NCBI GenBank assembly: GCA_963825055.1
Contig: CAWGSK010000013.1
Coordinates: 96,001 to 160,000 of the forward strand
Direction of reading: 5' to 3'
From: an uncultured Gemmatimonadales bacterium
Lineage (GTDB): Bacteria; Gemmatimonadota; Gemmatimonadetes; Gemmatimonadales; GWC2-71-9
DNA length: 64,000 nucleotides
A program made the position numbers and the translations under genes. Below, piece by piece: positions 11,470 to 21,726 of this stretch; position 1 is the stretch's first letter, and each line of letters begins with the position of its first letter. The notes under the pieces were generated by a model, which saw only the letters and a list, made by a program, of their open reading frames with translations, did no database searches and was not told where the DNA came from.

Positions 11470-12857
11470 CACTCCTCCGCCCGGTCGGTGAAGTTGTCGA
11501 ACCGGGTGAACGCCTTGTGGAAGAAAAGCTCGACCGTGCCGGTGGGCCCGTTCCGCTGCTTGCTGATAATCACCTCTGCCTTCCCCTCAAGGCCTTCCTG
11601 CCGGACCTCCTCAGGGGGCTTGTACATCTCGGGCCGGTGAATGAAGAGCACGAGGTCCGCGTCCTGCTCGATCGCGCCGGAGTCGCGCAGGTCGGAGAGG
11701 ATCGGCCGCCGGTCGCCCCCGCGCTGCTCCGTCGCGCGGGACAGCTGGGAGAGCGCGACCACGGGCAACGCGAGCTCCCGCGCGAGCGCCTTGAGGCTCC
11801 GGGAGATCTCGGAGATCTCCTGCACCCGGTTCTCCGCCTTCTCCGGGCTCCGCATCAGCTGGAGGTAGTCCACGATCACGAGGCCGATGTCATTCTGCGC
11901 CCGCAGGCGCCGTGCCTTGGATCGCATCTCGAGCAGCGTGAGCGCCGGCGTGTCATCGATCCAGATGGGACAGCGGTGCAGGATGCCCGCGGCGCGCGCG
12001 AGGTTGGTGAAGTCGCTGTCCCGCAGGCCGCCCCGGCGCACCTTCTGGCCGTCCACCCGCGCCTCGGAGGCGAGGAGCCGCTGCACCAGGCTTTCCTTGG
12101 ACATTTCGAGGCTGAAGAGGGCGACACCGAGGTCGGCCTCGATGGCCGCGTGCGCGGCCACGTTGAGGCAGAATGCGGTCTTGCCCATGGACGGACGCGC
12201 GGCAACGATGATCAGTTCGGACTTCTGGAACCCGGACGTCATTTCATCCAAGTCTACAAAACCGGTCGGGACGCCCGTGACCGTTTTCCCGCTCTTCTGG
12301 AGCGTTTCGATGCGCTCGATCGTATCCGAAAGCATCTCCTTGATCCGGGTGAAGCCCTGCTCGTGCCGCGTCTCCGCAATCTGGAACACGCGCGATTCGG
12401 CCACGTCCAGCAGCTCGTTGGCCGTGCTGCGCTGTGCGTACGCCTCGCCGATGATATTGGTGGCGGTCTCGATCAGCCGGCGCACGACAGCCTTGTCGCG
12501 GATGATCTTGGCGTGCGCCTCGAGGTGTGCCGTGGACGTGACGGCGTCCATGATCTCGGCCAGGTACTCCACGCCGCCCGCGTGGTCCAGCTCGCCCTGG
12601 CGCTGCAACTCGTCCCGCAGCGTGACCGGGTCGATCACGACGCTCTGCTGCACCAGCCGGGACATGGCGCGGAACAGCCGCCGGTGCCCCTCGTGGTAGA
12701 ACATGCTCTGGTCGAGCAGTTCCGCCGCGCGAAGCGCCGCGTTCTGGTCCAGCATCATCGCCCCGAGGACCGCCTGTTCCGCGGCGTTGTCCCAGGGGGG
12801 CGTGCGGCCCGGGAGGCTGTCAGGCCTCGAGGAGCTGACGGGCGATACGGACGTCAT
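11469..12857 (-). CDS. dnaB: Replicative DNA helicase
   Basis: AEQAVLG, AARPSMGKT, DYLQL, LSQLSR, DLRDSGAIEQDAD, KQRNGPTG. Confidence 0.98.
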   Translation of the reverse strand: MTSVSPVSSSRPDSLPGRTPPWDNAAEQAVLGAMMLDQNAALRAAELLDQSMFYHEGHRRLFRAMSRLVQQSVVIDPVTLRDELQRQGELDHAGGVEYLAEIMDAVTSTAHLEAHAKIIRDKAVVRRLIETATNIIGEAYAQRSTANELLDVAESRVFQIAETRHEQGFTRIKEMLSDTIERIETLQKSGKTVTGVPTGFVDLDEMTSGFQKSELIIVAARPSMGKTAFCLNVAAHAAIEADLGVALFSLEMSKESLVQRLLASEARVDGQKVRRGGLRDSDFTNLARAAGILHRCPIWIDDTPALTLLEMRSKARRLRAQNDIGLVIVDYLQLMRSPEKAENRVQEISEISRSLKALARELALPVVALSQLSRATEQRGGDRRPILSDLRDSGAIEQDADLVLFIHRPEMYKPPEEVRQEGLEGKAEVIISKQRNGPTGTVELFFHKAFTRFDNFTDRAEE

Positions 12858-13596
12858 CCCAGGTGGGCTTCTTCCAGTGCGGGTTGCGAAGGAGGGCCGC
12901 CGGATGGTAGGTGACCACCAGCGGTATGGCCCCGTAATGGTGAACCTTGCCCCGGAGCTTGCCGAGCGAGGTGTTGATGCTCAAGAGGTGCCGGGCCGCC
13001 ACCGACCCGAGCGCGACCAGCACCTTCGGCCGGACCAGCGCGACCTGGCGGTGCAGGTACGCCAGGCAGGTCGAGGCTTCCTCGGGCAGGGGGTTCCGGT
13101 TCCGGGGAGGGCGGCATTTGACGATGTTCGCGATGTAGACTGACTCGCGCGGGAGGTCGATCGAGAGCAGGATCCGGTCGAGCAGCTCGCCGGCGCGGCC
13201 CACGAACGGCCGCCCGGTCTCGTCCTCGGTCTGGCCGGGCCCCTCGCCCACGAGCATGAGGTCCGCCTCGGGGTCGCCCTCGCCGGGCACCGCGTTGGTC
13301 CGGGTGCGGCCCAGGGGACAGAGACCGCACTGCCGCACCATGTTGCCCAGTGCCTCGAGCGAGTCGAGGGCGGCGACGGCCGCGGGAAGGGCCGGGGGCG
13401 GCTCCACCCGGATGCCGTCGCCCGGAATGGGCGGAGCCCCCTCGCGCCAGGCGCTGCCGTCCACCTTCGCCGCAGGGCCCGCCTCCCGCGACGCCGCCGC
13501 GCGAGTCGCGGGGGTGGCACCGGGTTCCCGGAGCACCAGCTCCGCGCCACCCAGTTCCACCTGCTGGCGGAGGTATCGTCGCAGGCTATCGGTCAA
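12820..13596 (-). CDS. Uracil-DNA glycosylase family 4
   Basis: CxxC, VGEGPG..ED..GRPFVG, NIVKCRPP, TYHPAALLR. Start approximate. Confidence 0.92.
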   Translation of the reverse strand: MTDSLRRYLRQQVELGGAELVLREPGATPATRAAASREAGPAAKVDGSAWREGAPPIPGDGIRVEPPPALPAAVAALDSLEALGNMVRQCGLCPLGRTRTNAVPGEGDPEADLMLVGEGPGQTEDETGRPFVGRAGELLDRILLSIDLPRESVYIANIVKCRPPRNRNPLPEEASTCLAYLHRQVALVRPKVLVALGSVAARHLLSINTSLGKLRGKVHHYGAIPLVVTYHPAALLRNPHWKKPTWDDVRIARQLLEA

Positions 13597-14785
13597 GGCG
13601 TTCCTCGATAAGGTCGAACAGGACCCCGGCAACGTCCCGCTTCGACTGCAGCGGAAGGTCGCGCTCGCTCCCGTCGGGAAACAGGACGGTTACACGGTTC
13701 GTGTCGCCCTCGAAGCCCGCCCCCGGCTCCAGGGCATCATTGAAGACGATGAGGTCGAGCGACTTCTTCCTGAGCTTCTCCCGGGCCCGTTCCAGGCCGC
13801 CGCCGGTCTCCAGGGCAAAGCCCGCGGTGAACGCGCCCGCTTTCCGCCGGTCCCGGGTCATCTGCAAGATATCAGGGGTGGGGCCGAGCGTGAGGCTGAG
13901 GTCTCCGGCGGCGCGGGGCTGCTTGGCGGCGGCGGGATTGACCGGCCGGTAGTCGGCAGGCGCGGCTGCCATGACCGTCACATCCGCCGACCCGATCGCG
14001 GCCGCCACCGCGTGTGCCATCTCCTCCGTCGTCTCCACCCGGACCAGCTCGACCCCGACGGGCGGCGTCAGTTCCACGGGGCCGCTCACCAGTACCACGT
14101 CGGCGCCACGCCGCCAGGCTTCCTCAGCCAGCGCATAGCCCATCCGCCCGCTGGAGCGATTGGTGAAGATCCGGACCGGGTCCATCGCCTCGCGGGTCGG
14201 GCCGGCGGTGACCAGCACCCGCCGGCCCGCCAGGGCCCCCGGCGTTGTCATGAGCCGCGCCGCGTGCGCCAGGATCGTCCCGGGCTCGCTCATCCGGCCG
14301 GGCCGTTCCGAGGGCCCTTCGGCGAGCGCCCCGACCTCGGGCCCCACCACCGCCATGCCCAGCTGCCCAAGCCGTCGCAGGTTGGCCTGGGTGGCGGGGT
14401 GTGCGAACATGTCGTCATTCATGGCCGGGGCCAGGAGGACCGGGGCAGTCCGGGCGAGCAGGAGCGTCGTAAGGAAATCGTCGGCCAGGCCCTGGGCCGC
14501 GCGCGCCAGGAGGTGCGCGGTCGCGGGGGCGACGATAATCAGGTCAGGGTCGCGGGCGAGGCGGATGTGGTCGAGGGCGCGCCCGGGGCTCCAGAGGGAA
14601 TCGGCTACCGGCCGACCCGTCAGGGCCTCGAACGTGAGGGGCCGCACGAACTCGGCGGCCCCACGGGTAAGGATGACGTCCACGCGCGCCCCGGCCTCCG
14701 TAAGCCGGCGGGCGAGATGGCAACTCTTGTAGCTCGCGATCCCGCCCGACACGCCGAGGACGACGTGGCGGCCGGCCCAGGTCAC
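13586..14785 (-). CDS. coaBC: Bifunctional phosphopantothenoylcysteine decarboxylase/synthetase
   Basis: GVSGGIASYK, APAMN, TAGPTRE..DPVR..NRSSGRMG, GFALET. Confidence 0.97.
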   Translation of the reverse strand: MTWAGRHVVLGVSGGIASYKSCHLARRLTEAGARVDVILTRGAAEFVRPLTFEALTGRPVADSLWSPGRALDHIRLARDPDLIIVAPATAHLLARAAQGLADDFLTTLLLARTAPVLLAPAMNDDMFAHPATQANLRRLGQLGMAVVGPEVGALAEGPSERPGRMSEPGTILAHAARLMTTPGALAGRRVLVTAGPTREAMDPVRIFTNRSSGRMGYALAEEAWRRGADVVLVSGPVELTPPVGVELVRVETTEEMAHAVAAAIGSADVTVMAAAPADYRPVNPAAAKQPRAAGDLSLTLGPTPDILQMTRDRRKAGAFTAGFALETGGGLERAREKLRKKSLDLIVFNDALEPGAGFEGDTNRVTVLFPDGSERDLPLQSKRDVAGVLFDLIEERLDR

Positions 14786-14988
14786 GCGTCCGTGCGCCGC
14801 CGCCGGATCAGCTTGTACGACAGATCGCCGGAGCAGAGCGCGTCCAGCGCGGTCGTGGTGAGCTTCTCCTCTGCCGCGTGGTCGTGGGGCAGCTCGTTCA
14901 GGTACCGGGCAAACCGGCCGGCAACCAGAACCGCGAGATACTTGTTGCCCGCCTCCTCGGCGGCTTCCATGGGCGTGTAGATGTGCAT
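14782..14988 (-). CDS. rpoZ: RNA polymerase omega subunit
   Basis: NKYLAVLVA..AR motif. Position between gmk and coaBC. Confidence 0.85.
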   Translation of the reverse strand: MHIYTPMEAAEEAGNKYLAVLVAGRFARYLNELPHDHAAEEKLTTTALDALCSGDLSYKLIRRRRTDA

Positions 14989-15018
14989 GACTTCTCCCTC
15001 AGGGTGAACCGCCGTCGT

Positions 15019-15663
15019 TCAGGACGCCGGCAGGTGCTCCAGTTCCGTCTCCACTTCCTCGCGCAGCCGCGCGAGCGAAGCGGCCAGGTGCCGCTGCCGT
15101 GACGTCCGGAACGCCTCGGCGTCGATGATGGCGCCGGCGTGGGCGACGGCCAGCGTCAGGTCCTCGTTCACGAGCGTGTAGTCGTAGGCCATGGCCTCGG
15201 CCAGCTCCTCCCCGGCCCGCGCCAGTCGGCGGCGTACGGTCCCGGGGTGCTCGGTGTTCCGCGACAGCAACCGCCGCGCCAGTACCTTGCCCGTCGGCGG
15301 CAGCACGAAGATCCGCACGGCATCGGGATACTGCTCGCGCACCTGCCGCGCCCCGTGGATCTCGATGTCCAGGATCGGGTGATGCCCGCTTTCCATCACC
15401 CGGTCCAGCTCACTCCGCAGCGTGCCATAGAGGTGGCCGCCGTAGTCGGCCCACTCCACGAACTCTCCCGCGTCGCGACGACGCTCGAAGGCGTCCCGGT
15501 CCAGGAAGAAGTAGTCCCGGCCGTCCTGCTCGTACTCGCGGCGCGGCCGCGTCGTGGCGGAGACCGAGTACCCGAGGTCGCTGCGAACCTCCAGCAGTCG
15601 CCGGGCGATCGAGGTCTTGCCCCCGCCTGACGGGGAGGAGAGCACGACCAGGAACGGGCTCAC
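15019..15663 (-). CDS. gmk: Guanylate kinase
   Basis: LSSPSGGGKT, SATTRPRR..E.DGRDYFF, YGT. Confidence 0.95.
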   Translation of the reverse strand: MSPFLVVLSSPSGGGKTSIARRLLEVRSDLGYSVSATTRPRREYEQDGRDYFFLDRDAFERRRDAGEFVEWADYGGHLYGTLRSELDRVMESGHHPILDIEIHGARQVREQYPDAVRIFVLPPTGKVLARRLLSRNTEHPGTVRRRLARAGEELAEAMAYDYTLVNEDLTLAVAHAGAIIDAEAFRTSRQRHLAASLARLREEVETELEHLPAS

Positions 15664-16520
15664 TCCAGGTTTTCCAGCTGTTCCCGGAATTTTTCCAGTT
15701 CCCCTTTCATGACGATCACCTGGGCGGTGATACCGGCGTCGTTCGCCTTGGACCCCATCGTGTTCACCTCGCGCCCCATCTCCTGCGCCAGGAACCCGAG
15801 CTGCTTGCCGACCGGCCCCTTCCCCGCCAGGGCTTCCCGTGCCGCCGAGATGTGCGCGCCGAAGCGGACCAGTTCCTCGGTGATGTCCAGCTTGTCGGCC
15901 AGGAACGCGATCTCCTGTGCCACCCGGGTCTCGTCCGGACTCGCGCCATCCAGCAGTTCGCTCACCGCGGTGCGGAGCCGGTCCCGTTCGCGCACCACGC
16001 GATCCGGCGCCAGCCGCGCAATTTCCCCGGCCGCGCTCTCCAGCAGGTCCAGGCGCAGCCGAAGCTCCCCGGCCAGGGCGGCACCCTCCCGCTCCCGCAT
16101 CGCCTGACAGCCTGCCGCCGCCTCGCGCGCGGCCGGCTCCACGGCCTCCCAGGACACCTCGGGCGCTTCGGTCGGCGGCCCGGCCATCTCGGATTGCCGA
16201 AGGACCAGGGAAAGGTCGATGTCCCCGTCCAGCCGCAGCGCCTGCCGCAGTTCCCGGAGCCGGGCCACCACCGGGCGGGCACGCTCCACGTCCATGCCCA
16301 TCGCCACCCCGGTCTCCGGTGTCGAGGCCCAACGCCCCGAGACCGCGATATGGCCCCGCTCGAAGGCCCCCTTCAGGAACTCCCGGAACGGCGCCTCGAG
16401 GGCAGCCAGGTCCTGCGGGAGCTTGAGGGACAGGTTGAAGTACCGGTGGTTGACGGTCCGTATCTCGATCCGGATCCGCCCCCCGGCCACTTCCGCCTCC
16501 CCGGCCCCGAAGCCGGTCAT
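15660..16520 (-). CDS. yicC: YicC/YloC family endoribonuclease
   Basis: MTGFG, TVNHRY, DITEELVR, GKQLGFLAQEMGREVNTMGSKAND, REQLENLE. Confidence 0.95.
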   Translation of the reverse strand: MTGFGAGEAEVAGGRIRIEIRTVNHRYFNLSLKLPQDLAALEAPFREFLKGAFERGHIAVSGRWASTPETGVAMGMDVERARPVVARLRELRQALRLDGDIDLSLVLRQSEMAGPPTEAPEVSWEAVEPAAREAAAGCQAMREREGAALAGELRLRLDLLESAAGEIARLAPDRVVRERDRLRTAVSELLDGASPDETRVAQEIAFLADKLDITEELVRFGAHISAAREALAGKGPVGKQLGFLAQEMGREVNTMGSKANDAGITAQVIVMKGELEKFREQLENLE

Positions 16521-16599
16521 GCTGGTGGGCAGAATCCCTCCATCCAGAAGTAGCCGTGGAAGTTAGCTGGCTTGGGGGGTGGGAGCAAATGGGAGATGG

Positions 16600-16637
16600 G
16601 TGACTAGTGACTAGTGACTGGTGACTAGTGACTAGTG
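16600..16637 (+). repeat. Tandem heptamer (GTGACTA)x5; left arm of an inverted pair
   Basis: gtgacta gtgacta gtgactg gtgacta gtgacta gtg. Confidence 0.95.
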
Positions 16638-16731
16638 CTTGAGTAGAGCGGGTCTGGTCAATATTCACTATTTGACACGACTCGCACCAAAAGGCCACGC
16701 CTGCGCTGCCCGGTTGGAACTATCCTCGACA

Positions 16732-17133
16732 ATGGTGCTGAAGCGAGTCAGGGACTTCCGGGATCTCGTTGTCTGGGACAGGTCCGTGGACTTTGCCGTC
16801 GCATGCTATCAGGCGACCCGGGGTTTCCCTCCGGAGGAAAGGTTTGGTCTCGTGGGGCAGATCAGGAGGTCAACGGCATCCGTGGCGGCGAATATCGCCG
16901 AGGGTTCGGGGAGGAGGACCACACGCGAACTCATCAACGCGCTGGGCATAGCCAATGGAGAATTGAAGGAAGCGGAGTCCCACCTGGAGATCGCCTGGCG
17001 GTTGGGGTATCTGGACAAAGCGCGTCTCGGACAGCTGCGGGAGATGGCCAGGGAAATCGGCAGGATGCTCACCGCACTTCGCCGTTCCCTCAATGGACGC
17101 TGCGGTCGCCAGTCCCACGTCACCGGCCACTAG
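16732..17133 (+). CDS. Four helix bundle protein (23S rRNA IVP / bAvd-like family)
   Basis: FRDLVVW..A..Y..T..FP.EE.FGL..QIRR...SVAANIAEG..R..A.GEL.E..L.A..LGY pattern. Lies on the strand opposite its neighbours. Confidence 0.92.
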   Translation: MVLKRVRDFRDLVVWDRSVDFAVACYQATRGFPPEERFGLVGQIRRSTASVAANIAEGSGRRTTRELINALGIANGELKEAESHLEIAWRLGYLDKARLGQLREMAREIGRMLTALRRSLNGRCGRQSHVTGH

Positions 17134-17162
17134 TCACTAGTCACTAGTCACTAGTCACTAGT
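17128..17162 (+). repeat. Tandem heptamer (CACTAGT)x5; reverse complement of the 16600 tract
   Basis: Read directly. Contains the stop codons of both convergent genes (17131-17133 plus, 17158-17160 minus). Confidence 0.95.
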
Positions 17163-18940
17163 TCCTGAACTCCCACCGTGCCCCGAACACGCTCCCGAAC
17201 CTGGGCAATGCGTACTCCGGGACGTAGGCGCGCTTTTCGCCCGACATGTTGAGACGGTCGTAGTAGAGCGAGAGGCTGCCGAGCTGGATCTCGATCAGGC
17301 CCCGGAAGTATGTGGCCCCTCCCAGGACGATGGGGCTCCCGGACGCCGTGCCGATGGTGCCGGTTCCCCAGGCCTCCATGCCAAGCTGGAGCTTGAGGTC
17401 GAAGATGCCGCTCGGGAAACTCCGCAGGAACTTCGAGCGGATGGTGGCCGTGGTGAAGGAGTGGGTGGGAGGGATGCCGTCCACCGTTGCACCAAGCGGG
17501 TCGCTGTACCAGCCCTCGAGAGTTATCCAGCTGAGCGGCGTGATCCGGGCGCGGACGGTGAGCCAGTCGGTCTCGGCGGCGGGACGCAGGGAGTCAACCA
17601 GGAGGTACGGGGTGAAGGGCCGCGCCTGGTAGGCGTGCGTCCGGCTGAGACCGGCCTCCAGCCCCAGGGGGCCGCTCTCCCAGGCGACCAGTGCCTGCAG
17701 GTCGCGCAGCGTCTGGCTGGTGTCGGACACGAGGGAGGGCTGGGCCACGACCTTCCCGATCCGCGCGTTGCCCGCCAGCACGACCCCGAACGGGAGGTTG
17801 AACCCGGCCCGCGCGCCGACCCACTGGCTGGTGCGGTCTCCGTCGTGACGCTGGTATCCGACTTCGCCACTCACGGTAAAACCCGCCACCCCGACGAGGC
17901 CGGCCCGCCCCCGCACGTCCCAGGGTGTCCAGCGCGAGCGGTGAAAGGCGGACCCGCCCACATGGAATCGCGGGGTGCGCCAGTCCGCCATCGCCCCCAC
18001 CTGGGTGACGGACTGCTCCACGCCCTCACCATCCCAGTGGCTCCGGCCGACCAGCAGTTCGAGTCGGGGGGCGGCCGGCGCAGCACGCCAGGAGACCCGC
18101 AGCTGGTTATCGCTCCGGGTGCCATCCAGCGGGAGGCCGATGGTGTCGCCCGCCGCCCGCTCGAACGCCTTTCGCTCCGGCCGCTGGCGGAGGCTCTGCA
18201 CCTGCACGCCGAACCCGTCCGATGGCACCCAGCTCCCCTGCAGCCAGTAGTTGGTCACGGTGGAGCCGCTGCTGAAGCCGCTCCCGGTAGGCGCGTCGAA
18301 GTAGTCGCCCGCGATGGCAAAGCCGAGCCCGTGCTCGAACCGGCGTTCAAGCCCGCCGGAGTACCGGGTGATGCTCCGGTCACCGCTCGCCACGCCCACC
18401 CACGAGCGCGCCGCACGGCGGTCATTCTGCCTGGTAAAGAGGTGTACACGCAGGAAGCCGGGCCACCGCTCCACCTCGATCCGCTCGATCAGGGAGAGCG
18501 CGAACAGCGATGGGTCGACGGCCAGCGTGTCCGTCCCGAGCGGGACGAACGGCAGGCCATCCACGACGTACTCGACCGACGAGGCCCCCCGCCCCTGATA
18601 GTCCGGATACTCCGGCCGGCCGAACCAGCCGCCGCGCCACAGGTAGACGCCGGGCACCCGCTGGAGGAGGTCACCCACGGTCTGGGCCATGGCCCAGTCG
18701 ATGGAATCACGGTTGATGACGATGCGGGAAAGTGGCGCGCGAGGACCCTCGATGCCGGATTGCGGCAGCACCGGCAGGACCATCGTCTCGGCTTTCTGCG
18801 CCTCGAGAAAGAGTGCCGTGCGGTCGACCGTGTCGGCGGGGATGGAATCGGCGGGAAGTGAATCGACGACCTGCGCGCCGGCGGACGACGCGGCCAGGCC
18901 GAGCAGCAGAAGGGCGAGGCCGGGGCCCCGCGCGCGATCA
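17158..18940 (-). CDS. Outer-membrane protein with TonB-dependent receptor plug-like domain
   Basis: Signal peptide (LALLLLGLAASSAGAQ), plug-like TVGDLLQRVPGV..RG..VVDG..IERIEV, beta-strand-rich body, C-terminal ARWEFRN. Start uncertain. Confidence 0.7.
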
Positions 18941-20422
18941 GCCCTGGCGCGCGAGGACAAATTCGGTGAACAGGCGGACACCGCTCGCCGTGGGCCCCTT
19001 GACCATGCCGCCGCGTTCCCGGTCGGAATACGCCGTGCCGGCGATATCCAGGTGCGCCCACGGCATGTCTCCCACGAACTCGCGCAGGAACCACCCGGCC
19101 GTGATGGTGCCGGCCGGCCGGCCGCCGCTGTTCTTGATGTCGGCAATGTCGGACTTGATGAGTTCGCGGTAGTCGTCCCACAGGGGCAGTTGCCAGGCCC
19201 GCTCTCCCGCGCGCTCCCCCGCGGCCAGCACCTGGTCCACGACCGACTGGTCCGTCCCCATGACGCCGATGGCCGAGTGACCGAGCGCGATCACCACCGC
19301 GCCGGTGAGCGTCGCGGCGTCCAGCACGCAGGCAGGCTTGTACCGGCTGGCCCACGAGAGCGCATCCGCGAGGAGGAGGCGCCCCTCGGCATCCGTGTTG
19401 ACCACCTCGATGGTCTTGCCCGAATGCGCCCGGACGACGTCACCCGGCTTGTAGGCCGTGGCGGATGGCATGTTCTCGGCCGACGGCACGAGGCCGATCA
19501 CGTGCACCTTCGGCTTGAGCCGGCCCAGCGCCTCGAACGTGCCAAGCACGGCGGCGGCGCCGGACATGTCGAACTTCATCTCCTCCATGTTCGGCGCCGG
19601 CTTGATGGAGATGCCGCCTGTGTCGAAGGTGACACCCTTCCCCACCAGGACGACCGGCGCGCCCTTTGCGCCCCTGTATTCCAGCGCGATGAACCGCGGC
19701 TCGTTGGCACTCCCCTGCGCCACGGCCAGCAGCGCCCCCATCCCCTCCTTCTTCATGGCATCACGATCCAGCACCGTGACCTTGAATCCGTGCCGCTTTG
19801 CCAGGTCCCTGGCCGTGTCCGCCAGGAAAGCCGGCGTGCACATGTTGCCGGGCAGCATCTGCAGCCCCCGCGCGAACACGTGGCCCTCGCCGATGGCGGC
19901 CCCGCGCTCGAGCCCGGCCTCCACCTTCTTGTTCCCCTTCGGGACCAGGACCGCGAACCTCTCGAGGTCCACCGGCTTCTCCTCGGGTGGCTGCTTGAGC
20001 GCGTCGTACGCCCACGCGCCCTGCGCCAGCCCCTCGGCCATGGCCTGTCCGGCGCGCATCGGGCCGACCTGCTCCAGCAGTGCCGGATCCGGACAGAACA
20101 CCGCCTCCGCGACACCGGCCTTTGCCGCACGGCGGGACGCGACACTGGCGGCGGTCCGGAGTCGGGCGACGTCCACTTCCTCCACCTTGCCCATCCCCAC
20201 AACCAGAATCCGCTCGGCAGGACCGGGCGGATAGAGAATGGCAACGTCGTCCTTCCGACCCCGGAAGTCACGCGATCCAAGCAGCCGCGTCAGGGAACCG
20301 TCCGCCGCCTTGTCCAGTGCGGTGAAGGCCTTCGGCAACTCGCCCTCGGTGACGGCGAGGGCGAGGAAAGGAGTCTTGTGGCTCTCGGGGGTTCCGAACA
20401 CGATACGGCTGGCAAGGGACAT
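18938..20422 (-). CDS. pepA: Leucyl aminopeptidase (M17)
   Basis: GKGVTFDTGGISIK, MKFDMSGAA, NTDAEGRL, WAHLDIAG. Confidence 0.96.
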   Translation of the reverse strand: MSLASRIVFGTPESHKTPFLALAVTEGELPKAFTALDKAADGSLTRLLGSRDFRGRKDDVAILYPPGPAERILVVGMGKVEEVDVARLRTAASVASRRAAKAGVAEAVFCPDPALLEQVGPMRAGQAMAEGLAQGAWAYDALKQPPEEKPVDLERFAVLVPKGNKKVEAGLERGAAIGEGHVFARGLQMLPGNMCTPAFLADTARDLAKRHGFKVTVLDRDAMKKEGMGALLAVAQGSANEPRFIALEYRGAKGAPVVLVGKGVTFDTGGISIKPAPNMEEMKFDMSGAAAVLGTFEALGRLKPKVHVIGLVPSAENMPSATAYKPGDVVRAHSGKTIEVVNTDAEGRLLLADALSWASRYKPACVLDAATLTGAVVIALGHSAIGVMGTDQSVVDQVLAAGERAGERAWQLPLWDDYRELIKSDIADIKNSGGRPAGTITAGWFLREFVGDMPWAHLDIAGTAYSDRERGGMVKGPTASGVRLFTEFVLARQG

Positions 20423-20493
20423 GGGGACAGGCCGGCAGCTGGGGAGCGGATGGATGGCACCTCGGGACGGCACAAGCTAACGCCGCTCACCGG

Positions 20494-20517
20494 AAAAGAA
20501 AACGCCGCAAAGCGGCG
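20494..20517 (-). terminator. Probable Rho-independent terminator of the ECF/CBM48 operon
   Basis: Minus strand CGCCGC-TTT-GCGGCG-TTTTCTTTT. Confidence 0.55.
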
Positions 20518-20550
20518 CCCCCAACCACTTTCGCCCATGCGGGCGGGCGG

Positions 20551-21726
20551 TTACTCCGTCATGAAGACGCCTGCCGCACCGCCGAAACCATCATCCACGG
20601 CGGGCAGTCCCGGCGGAACGTCCCAGGGACCGTCGTCCACCTGGATGTTCACCTCGTGCCGGCCGGGTGGGATCCGGAGGCGTGCAGTCCAGGTCCCCGA
20701 CGGACCAGGCATGAGATCGACGATCCGCCACGCGGTGAAGTCCCCCATTATCCGCACCCGGTCCGCGCCCGGAAGGCGAACCCGGAGCAGCACCTGGTCG
20801 TCGGGAAGACGCGCCGCGGTGAACGCGAGGCCCCCGCGTGAGGGCCGCACGCGGGACCCGGGCCCCGCGTCGGTGGCAACCTTACCCGGCAGGGCCAGCC
20901 GCAGGCCCAGCGTGTGGTAGTCGCCACTCGGGCGTCCGGAGATGAGGTCCGCAGGGTAGCGTCCGATCGACCCGACGATGCCGACCCCCGGCTGGATCCA
21001 CCACGTCGCGTGTGCCTGCCATGACATGGCGCCGGCATCGCGCCCGAAACGCCGCCCCAGCCCGGTGCCCACATCGAAAAGCCGGCCGTGCCAGTCGGCG
21101 GAGATGAGGGCGTCGGCGAAGTCGCCAGGAAAGCCCCGGGTGGAGGTGTCGGGCGCCACCTGGTCGATGGTGCCCGGCAGGCGCGGCCTCGATCCCGCCG
21201 CCCGCCCGCCGGTGATCGTCGTCCAGACCACGCCAAGGCCGAAGGACAGCGAGCCGAAGCGCCGGCTGGCGGCGCCCTCGACGCGGCCGACAGGAAAGGC
21301 CACGGTGCCATCCGTCCCGGCGCCACCCCGAACGTCGGCGGACCAGGCGATGTCACCCGCGTCACCTTCCAGCCCAAGGCCGAGCAGCGCGGACCCCCCG
21401 CTGGTGCGGGTCGGGGCCCGCTCCCACGACCCACGGAGGCCCGGTACCATACGGATGCCGCTGCCGAGCGGTATCCGGTAGCGCGCGGAGAATCCCGCAC
21501 CGCCTCCCCAGAACGGGCCGGCCCAGTCGGCCCAGCGCGCGTGGGCCTGGAGGTCCCACGCCGCGCGGCGAAACGCAAGTGAAGGCGCGAGGGAGACCAC
21601 GCCCCGATCGCTGACCGCTCCGCTGCTTCCCTGCCCCACACCGACATCCATCCAGCCGGTGACCTGCGCGCCGGCCGCCGGTGCCACTGCCAGCGAGAAG
21701 CCGAGGATCATGACGCGCCGTATCAT
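20551..21726 (-). CDS. Exported beta-rich protein with C-terminal glycogen-binding (CBM48/AMPK-like) domain
   Basis: Signal peptide. C-terminal ADRVRIMGDFTAW..W..IPPGRHEVNIQVDDGPW..DDGFGG. Confidence 0.75.
   Translation of the reverse strand: MIRRVMILGFSLAVAPAAGAQVTGWMDVGVGQGSSGAVSDRGVVSLAPSLAFRRAAWDLQAHARWADWAGPFWGGGAGFSARYRIPLGSGIRMVPGLRGSWERAPTRTSGGSALLGLGLEGDAGDIAWSADVRGGAGTDGTVAFPVGRVEGAASRRFGSLSFGLGVVWTTITGGRAAGSRPRLPGTIDQVAPDTSTRGFPGDFADALISADWHGRLFDVGTGLGRRFGRDAGAMSWQAHATWWIQPGVGIVGSIGRYPADLISGRPSGDYHTLGLRLALPGKVATDAGPGSRVRPSRGGLAFTAARLPDDQVLLRVRLPGADRVRIMGDFTAWRIVDLMPGPSGTWTARLRIPPGRHEVNIQVDDGPWDVPPGLPAVDDGFGGAAGVFMTE

Noticed and set aside
16732..17133. Diversity-generating retroelement
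   Set aside because: Only an Avd-like fold is present. No reverse transcriptase or TR/VR pair was seen in the window.
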